A program made the translations under genes and the position numbers. Below are positions 10,023 to 17,618 of a stretch of 64,000 nt of DNA, piece by piece (position 1 is the stretch's first letter; each line of letters starts with the position of its first letter). Source of the stretch: Thermoplasmataceae archaeon (lineage in GTDB: Archaea; Thermoplasmatota; Thermoplasmata; Thermoplasmatales; Thermoplasmataceae); contig JBJKSW010000004.1 of the NCBI GenBank assembly GCA_046703525.1, positions 11,638 through 75,637 of the forward strand, read 5' to 3'. The notes beneath the pieces were generated by a model that was given only the letters and a program-made list of their open reading frames with translations, was not told the DNA's origin and did not search any database.

Positions 10023-10709
10023 GTGAAAAAGAGTTCCTCTATTGCTGCCATTGCCATGAGCATATTCACTGCAGTACTTATCATTTCAGTGATTTCCGCA
10101 TACCAGTCAACTTATGGTTTCAGCCTTCAGTCTGTGGAAGATTCGGTTGTAATTAACGGCAGCTCAGTTGGAATAAACGAGACTGTAATGGGGAACAATT
10201 TTGGATTGACTGCAGTCAACCTCTTTCTGATGAATAAGTCTTATACAGTTTCGCCTGGCGAAAAGGTGATACACGACCTTCTGCTCCCCCTGAATCTTGA
10301 CAAGCTTACCCAGATGGGATATCCCACGCATAATGTGAGCATAGGGGTTTCGCTTCTTGCTTTTCTGGCTGCACTGTTCTTCAATCTTTCAAAGACGTTC
10401 ACTCTTGGCAAGTCTGTGATCCCTGCGCCTTTTGACAATTTCAGCGTGGCCCAGTTCTCGTCAAACAGAAACGGTACTGCACTCATTTCTGTTACCTTCA
10501 ACTACCTTCTTCCATTCATAATGCACGTATCAGAAATACTGGTCAAGACAGGAAACATCACTGTGGGCAACCTTTCACTAAATGGCCTGTCACATGGATT
10601 CAACAGGCTTTCTTCGCTGATTTCTCTTCCAAGCGGATTCAGCAACGGAAACCTGACTTTCAGTGCCGGCCCGCTGAGCTGGAATTCAACCGTAACAGTC
10701 AGGGCCTGA
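10023..10709 (+). CDS. Secreted/membrane-anchored hypothetical protein with many N-x-S/T sequons
   Basis: A GTG start gives a KK-hydrophobic signal/anchor (VKKSSSIAAIAMSIFTAVLIISVISA). Several NxS/T sites are visible (NGS, NET, NKS, NVS, NLS, NFS, NGT, NIT). I recognise no domain. Confidence 0.55.
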   Translation: MKKSSSIAAIAMSIFTAVLIISVISAYQSTYGFSLQSVEDSVVINGSSVGINETVMGNNFGLTAVNLFLMNKSYTVSPGEKVIHDLLLPLNLDKLTQMGYPTHNVSIGVSLLAFLAALFFNLSKTFTLGKSVIPAPFDNFSVAQFSSNRNGTALISVTFNYLLPFIMHVSEILVKTGNITVGNLSLNGLSHGFNRLSSLISLPSGFSNGNLTFSAGPLSWNSTVTVRA

Positions 10710-10714
10710 TTCTC

Positions 10715-11344
10715 TTACTTCCCCTTGTTTATTTTTCTTATGATTTCCGGGATTTCACCTATTCTGTCGGCGTAATAGTGGGAATTGCCGGATTCTATGC
10801 TGCGGCCGTCCCTGAAGAATACGCAGACAGATCCTATGCTGATGCACGGTATCATGTCATTCTCGGCATCACCCACCACGAGCACATTTTCCGGTTCCAG
10901 TCCCATGAGCCTGCATGCGAGTGAATAAGGTTCAGTTCCGGGCTTACCGGCTTTCACGTCGTCTATGCAAACAACAATTTTCGCGGGAAGGTCCATTTTT
11001 TCCAGCAGAGACCTTCTGGACGATGTAACAATGGAAACTCGGATTCCTTCATTCTCCAGGCCCTTGAGCGTTTCCCTTACGTCCGGAAAGTACTCAATGG
11101 AAGGAAGAAGCTCTGTGAAGAATTTCTCTTCATCATTCTCAACAGAAGCGGGATCGCTGCAGTACCTAGATCCAAGTGTGATTCCCGGCAACCCGATTAG
11201 GGGCCTCAATTCTGAGTCGGGCACTTCAACTCCGTGCAGCCTGAAAGCCTTTGACCAGGCTATAACACGTTCGTCCCTCGAATCCAGAAGCGTCCCGTCA
11301 AGGTCAAATATTACCCCTTTGATCTCCCTCTTTCCCGATTTCAC
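10715..11344 (-). CDS. HAD-superfamily hydrolase (phosphatase, subfamily IA-like)
   Basis: Motif I is VIFDLDGTLLDS, motif II is VTSS, and motif IV is VVGDAENDM. The start codon is GTG. Confidence 0.8.
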   Translation of the reverse strand: MKSGKREIKGVIFDLDGTLLDSRDERVIAWSKAFRLHGVEVPDSELRPLIGLPGITLGSRYCSDPASVENDEEKFFTELLPSIEYFPDVRETLKGLENEGIRVSIVTSSRRSLLEKMDLPAKIVVCIDDVKAGKPGTEPYSLACRLMGLEPENVLVVGDAENDMIPCISIGSVCVFFRDGRSIESGNSHYYADRIGEIPEIIRKINKGK

Positions 11345-11429
11345 GTAACGGCATAACAGCGATCCGTTTAAACCATTCAGCAGGAATCCCCGTTAAATTG
11401 AAAATGGAGATAGCTATATTGCACATGAC

Positions 11430-12446
11430 ATGAAAGCAGCGGTACTTGAGGAGATAAAGCATCCATTGCATATCAGAGAGCTTGACATTCCAAAACCCGG
11501 CCCCGGGGAACTTATACTCAAGCAGAAAGTCACCGGAATATGTTACAGGGACATACTGACCCAGGAAGGTTACTTTCCAAGGGCACAGCTTCCCATAGTA
11601 CCGGGGCATGAGATCTCCGGAACTGTTGTTGCGGTTGGACCGGATGTCAGTGATTTCAGTGTCGGAGACAGAGTTTCTAGCCTTATTTACCGCCCATGCG
11701 GAGAGTGCAAATACTGCCTGTCCGGAAGGGAAAACCTTTGCCCATCAAAGCAGATCTACGGTGAGACTTTACAGGGTTCGTATGCAGAGTATATAGCAGT
11801 GCACCAGAACAGTGCGGTTAAAGTGCCGGATAACGTGGGAGATCACGAAGCCGCTATTGCCGCGTGTGTGACAGGCATGATCCTGCACGCCCTCAAAAGG
11901 GAGGGGGGAATGAAAGAAGGAGATACACTGCTCATATCCGGTTCCGGAGGCGGAGTGGGCATCCACGCCGTACAGATCGGTAAAATTCTCGGCGCACGCG
12001 TTATCGCTGAGACAAGCTCCGAGGAAAAAGTTGACGCAATAAAGTCACTTGGGGCGGACGAGGTTGTACTATATCACGAGCATTTTGACAAGGACGTTAA
12101 GAAAATTGCACCGGGAGGTGTAGACGTCGCCTTCGAGACGACTGGAATCTATACGTTTGAGCAATCGTTGAGAAGCCTTTCTCCGGGCGGCAGGCTTGTT
12201 GTGGTTGGAAACCTTAAACCTGATCCGGTCAGGCTTCCTCTTGGCCTAATCATCCTCAAAGGCAATTCCGTAATTGGAAGCATAAGCTCCACCAGGGAAG
12301 ACCTGAGGGAAGCACTTGAATTGAGCAGCAGGGGTGCCTACAGGGCAATGAAGCATGATGTAAGGCCAATTTCAGAAGCGAACCAGGCATTCGAATCCAT
12401 GAAAAAGAAAGAAAGCAGAGGGAGGGTATTCCTGAATTTTGAATGA
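11430..12446 (+). CDS. Zinc-dependent medium-chain dehydrogenase/reductase (alcohol/sugar dehydrogenase family)
   Basis: The evidence is GHEISGTVVAVG, a structural-zinc Cys cluster CGECKYCLSGRENLC, and the nucleotide fold ISGSGGGVG. Confidence 0.85.
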   Translation: MKAAVLEEIKHPLHIRELDIPKPGPGELILKQKVTGICYRDILTQEGYFPRAQLPIVPGHEISGTVVAVGPDVSDFSVGDRVSSLIYRPCGECKYCLSGRENLCPSKQIYGETLQGSYAEYIAVHQNSAVKVPDNVGDHEAAIAACVTGMILHALKREGGMKEGDTLLISGSGGGVGIHAVQIGKILGARVIAETSSEEKVDAIKSLGADEVVLYHEHFDKDVKKIAPGGVDVAFETTGIYTFEQSLRSLSPGGRLVVVGNLKPDPVRLPLGLIILKGNSVIGSISSTREDLREALELSSRGAYRAMKHDVRPISEANQAFESMKKKESRGRVFLNFE

Positions 12447-12558
12447 TTTGCTGCCCAAATCTGAAGAAAATGTTGCACTGGATCACGATTGCATGATTCC
12501 CGAATGATACCTTTTCCAAATCAAAAAATTTTATACTTAAGTAACAATCATTTTCCCA

Positions 12559-13224
12559 ATGCCCATTTATGAAATTGGCGAACATGAGATACTCTCGGAA
12601 GAGGCAATTATGATTAAGGACGATGGAGACACCGAAACCGGAATGCTCTATCTATCAGACAGGCGGCTGATTTTTGAGAAGAAAGGAAAGAGGGGGCTTC
12701 TGAAGGCAACCCCGGCCCAGATAACAGTGGATGTGCGCCTGTATGATGTGACCAATGTATCGAGTGCTGTGCCCAGAATAAAGGCAATGACCAAGAAGAA
12801 CCTCATAGTTGAGTACCAGTCTGAGGGGAACATCAAGAAGAACAGATTCAGGATTGATGACCCAAGGGACTGGGAGGACAAGATGAGGAAATGGGTTTCA
12901 GATGCAAAACGCCTTGAAGAGGAGAAACTGGAGAGGAGAAAGGAGGAAAACCACAGGAAGGATGTGGAAATGGCAAGGGCAAAAGCAGGAACCACAAATG
13001 TTGGCGTGGCATATTACGGAAAACCTGAAAACTCTCAGAAACAGCGCGGAAAAAAGGCTCCCCCGGATGAGAACTTCATCGATGCCGAGGTATCTGATTC
13101 AACAGAAATCAGAAAGATGGAAACGGGGCAGTTGGAACCTTACACGGAATCAAAATGTCCACATTGCGGCTCTTCAGTATCCAGAGGAATGAAATTCTGC
13201 CCCAACTGTGGCGAAAAGATCTGA
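12559..13224 (+). CDS. Hypothetical protein: PH/GRAM-like N-domain, charged coiled-coil linker, C-terminal zinc ribbon
   Basis: GMLYLSDRRLIFEKKG...NLIVEYQSEG..RFRIDD resembles GRAM/bacterial-PH domains. The linker is rich in E, K and R. The C-terminus is CPHCG-x10-CPNCG. Confidence 0.55.
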   Translation: MPIYEIGEHEILSEEAIMIKDDGDTETGMLYLSDRRLIFEKKGKRGLLKATPAQITVDVRLYDVTNVSSAVPRIKAMTKKNLIVEYQSEGNIKKNRFRIDDPRDWEDKMRKWVSDAKRLEEEKLERRKEENHRKDVEMARAKAGTTNVGVAYYGKPENSQKQRGKKAPPDENFIDAEVSDSTEIRKMETGQLEPYTESKCPHCGSSVSRGMKFCPNCGEKI

Positions 13225-13281
13225 TTCTGCTCAATGATCTCTCTGATATATCCTGTTTGCATACTGATCATCTGATAGTAT

Positions 13282-14142
13282 ATGGCAAAACTGAAAATCT
13301 GCCCGATGATCACAATATTTGACGGGAATTCAGTTGATACTGAAAAAATGCTGGAGTTTGGAAATCTCATCCTGTCAAAGGGAATCGACTATCTTTTTCT
13401 CTGCGGAACAACGGGGCTGGGGCCTGCACTTTCATTCAGTGAAAGAATGAAGATCATTGATGCTTTTGAACCTCTTGCAGACAGTTCAATTATTCAGGTT
13501 GGGTCCCTGAATCTACAGGAAAGTGAAGAGCTTGCACGGAAAGCGGCTGATGGAGGTTATCATGCCATTGCTTCACTCCCTCCGTATTATTATTTCAATG
13601 TACCCGGCGAATGGATCATAAGGCATCTGCTTTCACTTTCTAAAATCTACAGACTCTATGCCTACAACTTTCCGGTTGCTTCCAATAACAGGATTGATCC
13701 TTCAATGGTACAGGAAGTCAACAGGCGAGGAGGAAATATTATCGGCATAAAGGAGACTGTTCAGGAAATTTCAGACATGCTGGATTTCAAGTACCGCCTG
13801 GGAGATGAGTTCAGAGTCTTTAACGGCCCGGACAATCTGCTGATACCATCACTCCGGGCTGGAATGGACGGAGCAGTGGGGAGCAGTTCCAACTACCTAA
13901 CAGAACTCTTTGTCAGCACTATAGAGAAACATATCCTGGATGAAGCGCATCAACTGCAGAAGAAGCTCAGCAGCGCACTCAAAATTGTGAAATCTTACGG
14001 CCAGTGGGCTGCCATATACAGTGCAGTCAGAATGCTCCACGGATTTGACCCGGGAAAACCGAGGCCACCTATTTTTCCATTGGAGCCAGATCAGGAATCA
14101 GAACTTGAAACAAGGCTCAGCGCGGCTCTGACCCTTCATTGA
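13282..14142 (+). CDS. DapA/NAL-family class I aldolase (candidate 2-keto-3-deoxy-gluconate aldolase)
   Basis: It has the CGTTGLG motif and a Schiff-base Lys context GIKET. The length is about 286 aa, as in archaeal KDG(P) aldolases. Substrate assignment is inference only. Confidence 0.7.
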   Translation: MAKLKICPMITIFDGNSVDTEKMLEFGNLILSKGIDYLFLCGTTGLGPALSFSERMKIIDAFEPLADSSIIQVGSLNLQESEELARKAADGGYHAIASLPPYYYFNVPGEWIIRHLLSLSKIYRLYAYNFPVASNNRIDPSMVQEVNRRGGNIIGIKETVQEISDMLDFKYRLGDEFRVFNGPDNLLIPSLRAGMDGAVGSSSNYLTELFVSTIEKHILDEAHQLQKKLSSALKIVKSYGQWAAIYSAVRMLHGFDPGKPRPPIFPLEPDQESELETRLSAALTLH

Positions 14143-14146
14143 TTTT

Positions 14147-14386
14147 TCACTTCTTGAAGAATCTCGAAAGCTGTATCCAGAGCAGCACAATCCCTATTAC
14201 GAACATAATCAGTCCTGCAATGAGCAGAGTTTTGTCGATGCTGGCTATGATTTTAGAGAAAACTGTGCCTATGAAATATCCTCCGAGGATCGTCAGTGCT
14301 ATGCCTGCAACGAATATTATCAGCGTGTTCAGCCATGGTTTGGAACCTGTGGATTCAGCCATAATGCAACGGAATAGCAGTGTCAT
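14147..14386 (-). CDS. Small two-TM membrane protein
   Basis: It has an ATG start and two long hydrophobic helices (FVAGIALTILGGYFIGTVF; LLIAGLIMFVIGIVLLWI). It lies downstream of the methyltransferase on the same strand. Confidence 0.5.
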   Translation of the reverse strand: MTLLFRCIMAESTGSKPWLNTLIIFVAGIALTILGGYFIGTVFSKIIASIDKTLLIAGLIMFVIGIVLLWIQLSRFFKK

Positions 14387-14448
14387 GAACTAATTAAATC
14401 TTTGCTGAATATATTAAGAACAATTCCAACATTTTGCGGCATGTGCCA

Positions 14449-16110
14449 TCAGTGCAGGAATGAAACCACACGGGTTTCGCCGTACCGCAAGGTGGAAAAG
14501 TTCACTTTTCGCCCAGCGAATTCAGCAAGAGGGATCCTCAGTGGAGCATTTCCACCTTTTTTCCCTGCATATAGCCTTGTTCCCGGGCGTGTGATCATAA
14601 TCTTTCCGTTGTAGTCAGGATCAATGTGCCATGATACCACATCTTTCACGTCAAACGACTTCCCCTCCGCAGAACTGTTTCCGGCCGCACTCATCCGGAA
14701 TTCCCTGATTTCAAGGAATTTCCTGTCCGGATTCGGTGACAGCCGCAATCCTGAAATTTCGTGCAGTTGTTGCGGAACAGAACCTGTGATGTTGTTCAGC
14801 TTAATGCCGCAGGCCGAAGGTGCGTTAAGAAGCCTGACAGGACCATTGCCTTTTTCCAGCCGCCAATCTCCGTTTTGATCAGTTTCAAGCTTCCAGAGAG
14901 CTCCCATGATGTTAAGGCCGCAGCCATAGGATTTTTCTGAAGCATTCACCAGCTGCTCAATCGTGTGGCCGGACACTGGAGCAGACGGGTCTGCTATGTG
15001 GACCGGTTTTCCTTCCATGAAAGCATGGAAATCGGGGTCATCTTCAATGATTTCAAGAGAATAAGACTTGGCCACATCCTTTCTGTAATCATTGACCCCC
15101 CCACGAAAAGTCTGATTGTATAGGACTGCCGAACCGTTCAAAGGCTGATTGACAGGGAAGTGCACCTTATCCCCCGATCCGCTTTTGCCGGCACCCAGTA
15201 TTCTGTCCAGTGCGATCCTGGCAGCCACTGGTGAGATATCACTGCCAATCCACCTTCTGCCCATTGACTGTGCAACAGCAAGAGTTGTTCCGGAACCGCT
15301 GAAGAAATCGGCCACGGTGTCACCCGCATCGGTGGCAGAACCCACTATGCGCTCAAGAAGTGCAAATGGTTTCTGGGTTGGATAGCCGCTGTATTCGTTG
15401 CTGAGGTTGAAGACGCCGGAAATTTCCCATACATCATCTGCAGTGACGATGCTGTACCATCCGGCCTCATCCTTTCCTGTGCTGTCTTCAACGGGCTTTC
15501 CTGATGATGACCTTACTGGAAGTCCCGGAACATAACCGAGCCTTCTTTTGGCTTTCTGTGGCCTGAATTTCCACTTCCCGGATTTGGAATAGAAGAGAAT
15601 GTTATCGTGTTTTCTTGCGAAGAACTGCTTTGATTTGCCACCAAGATAATAATGCCAGATGATCTCATTCCTGAAATTGCCTCTTCCGAAAATTCCATCC
15701 ATTAGAATCTTTGCATGGTGGACCATGTGCCAGTCCAGATGCAGAAAAATCGAGCCGGTGTCCTTGAGAAGCCTGTGCATGAGCTTCAGCCTTTCTTCAA
15801 GGAATGAAAGGTAAGCATTCCCGTCATGATCGGTGAAATCTGAAAATGCAGGAGTGTTTTCTTTTCTGCCCTTCATTCCGTATGTCACGTTAGAGAAAAA
15901 GGGAGGGTCTGCATATATCAGATCAATATAGTTCTGAAATCCGCTGTCAAGCAGTGCTTCCATTACATCAGCATTGTCGCCACTGAAGAGAAAGTTGTTC
16001 CCCTGCCTGAAGAATTGAAGACCTGGCATCAGTGTTTCATACTGGCCTGAAGAGGAATTAACCTCCGCATCAATAGAATGTATTTCAGTGGCCTTGAACC
16101 CGCTGCCCAT
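14449..16110 (-). CDS. Beta-class DNA amino-methyltransferase (N6-adenine or N4-cytosine) with a long uncharacterised C-terminal extension
   Basis: Motif IV (LIYADPPFFSN) precedes motif I (VADFFSGSGTTLAVAQ), which is the beta-class order. About 230 aa follow the core without a motif I recognise. The track start 16125 is GTG; an ATG lies at 16110. Confidence 0.8.
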   Translation of the reverse strand: MGSGFKATEIHSIDAEVNSSSGQYETLMPGLQFFRQGNNFLFSGDNADVMEALLDSGFQNYIDLIYADPPFFSNVTYGMKGRKENTPAFSDFTDHDGNAYLSFLEERLKLMHRLLKDTGSIFLHLDWHMVHHAKILMDGIFGRGNFRNEIIWHYYLGGKSKQFFARKHDNILFYSKSGKWKFRPQKAKRRLGYVPGLPVRSSSGKPVEDSTGKDEAGWYSIVTADDVWEISGVFNLSNEYSGYPTQKPFALLERIVGSATDAGDTVADFFSGSGTTLAVAQSMGRRWIGSDISPVAARIALDRILGAGKSGSGDKVHFPVNQPLNGSAVLYNQTFRGGVNDYRKDVAKSYSLEIIEDDPDFHAFMEGKPVHIADPSAPVSGHTIEQLVNASEKSYGCGLNIMGALWKLETDQNGDWRLEKGNGPVRLLNAPSACGIKLNNITGSVPQQLHEISGLRLSPNPDRKFLEIREFRMSAAGNSSAEGKSFDVKDVVSWHIDPDYNGKIMITRPGTRLYAGKKGGNAPLRIPLAEFAGRKVNFSTLRYGETRVVSFLH

Positions 16111-16207
16111 GTCTGCACTCTCCACTGTTAATGCACTATCAGTAGTTTATACTGTCCTTTTCAGCTGCATTGAACTGTCGTGTGGGCAGTATTCCCTTCA
16201 CTTCTCC

Positions 16208-17452
16208 TTAGAACATTGATATTCCGCCGGCCAGAATGCTGTAGATCCCTGTTGCTTCTATTATTACGAAGAATATCCAGTAAAGGAACATCGTGCCTCT
16301 TGAAAGAAACTTCTTCTTTACCATTCCCTCTCTTCTGACAATCAGGCCGACCATCATGAGCACAGGAACGTCTACAAGCACATATATCACCATTAAGTTG
16401 ATAAGTAGAGATATCAGGTTGGAAGAGGCGACAATGCTCAGTATGACGGCCGGAACGCTTTCCATGAGGAATATTGAGTAGAAACCCTTTCTTTCAGAAA
16501 TTTTCTGCGAAAACCTGAATTTTATCCCTGCTGCCTCGCAGACTCCCCACGCCGAAGACAGTGATATGACGACAAGGGCCAGGAATCCGGCAGAAATAAA
16601 GCCGATTGCAATAAACACATGGCTGGCACCGTTCAGGAAAGAAAATGCTGATATGAGTGAAAACAAACCCGCACTGCCTTCTCCGGACATCCCTTTTGAA
16701 GCTATTATAATGGCGACCATGATCAGTTCGCTCACAAGTGCACCTATTGCTGTTTCCCACTTCTGTCCTCTTGCTGATGTTCTGCCTATTCTTTTCTCAA
16801 CGCTTGCACCGGCCTGGTAGAAGATCATCCATGGCATTATGACAGCCCCTATGTTAGCCACAGTAAGGAAGAGATAGTTGGAATTTCCGTAGGGCTGCAC
16901 GGGGTTGAGGCCCTCACTGACTATGCTGGAAAGAACGGGATGGGATAAAACGGCAGCTATTACAAGTGCTGCAACCAGAACCATGCTTACGACAATAAGG
17001 GGAAATTCCACTTTTTCAAATCTCCTGAAAGTAATAAGCGCGTTATGAAGCACGAATGCAATTATAATGCCAATAACAGGATTCATGCCGAGAAGCGCAA
17101 AACCTATTGCTATACCGGAATACTCGGCAACATAGGACAGAAAATCAGTGAAAGCCATGGGAAGAGCGGCCGCATACGCATATCTTTTCCCCCAGTTTTC
17201 CCTGATATTCTCGGCAATACCTCTTCCGGTGAACATTGCAACCCCTCCGGAGACATACTGTATGAGTGCGAGGGGAATAGTCAGTATAAGCTCAATGAAT
17301 ATCAGATGGTATCCGAATGAAGCACCGGACTGGACGCCCGTAATGATTGAAGCTACGTCAACGTCTGCAATCATAACGATCCATGCAGGGCCAAAGTACC
17401 GAAGCAGGCTCCTTGTGCCGGAATTCCGCCTGTTTCCAAAACTGTAGTTCAA
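16208..17452 (-). CDS. NRAMP-family divalent metal (Mn/Fe) transporter-like membrane protein
   Basis: It has about 11 TM segments. The N-terminal ..YFGPAWIVMIADVDVASI.. aligns with the NRAMP GPG(F/W)L..DPGN region (variant), and the size is 414 aa. The start codon is TTG. Confidence 0.65.
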   Translation of the reverse strand: MNYSFGNRRNSGTRSLLRYFGPAWIVMIADVDVASIITGVQSGASFGYHLIFIELILTIPLALIQYVSGGVAMFTGRGIAENIRENWGKRYAYAAALPMAFTDFLSYVAEYSGIAIGFALLGMNPVIGIIIAFVLHNALITFRRFEKVEFPLIVVSMVLVAALVIAAVLSHPVLSSIVSEGLNPVQPYGNSNYLFLTVANIGAVIMPWMIFYQAGASVEKRIGRTSARGQKWETAIGALVSELIMVAIIIASKGMSGEGSAGLFSLISAFSFLNGASHVFIAIGFISAGFLALVVISLSSAWGVCEAAGIKFRFSQKISERKGFYSIFLMESVPAVILSIVASSNLISLLINLMVIYVLVDVPVLMMVGLIVRREGMVKKKFLSRGTMFLYWIFFVIIEATGIYSILAGGISMF

Positions 17453-17504
17453 GAGCCTTTGCCTCCGATCGTTTCTGGAAGATGTGATCTGCCTGAATCC
17501 TAAA

Positions 17505-17518
17505 TTAGGTTAACCTAA
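17505..17518. promoter_or_regulatory. Perfect 14-bp palindrome TTAGGTTAACCTAA; candidate DtxR/IdeR/MntR-type operator upstream of the NRAMP gene
   Basis: It is seen directly in the divergent intergenic region, 53-66 bp upstream of the NRAMP start. Its arms equal the outer 7 bp of each arm of the DtxR/IdeR consensus TTAGGTTAGCCTAACCTAA. Confidence 0.4.
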
Positions 17519-17618
17519 AAAAAGATATTGTCATCGTTAAAATTGCGGAATTTAGCTTCACGTATCATGTTCTGGTTGCATCAATGGTTTGTGCTGTGGA
17601 AAGAAAATTCTGCAGACA

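Noticed and set aside
14147-17452. Restriction-modification or other defence island around the DNA methyltransferase
   Set aside because: No endonuclease, helicase, ATPase or specificity gene is adjacent. The flanks are a transporter, a tiny membrane protein and an aldolase.
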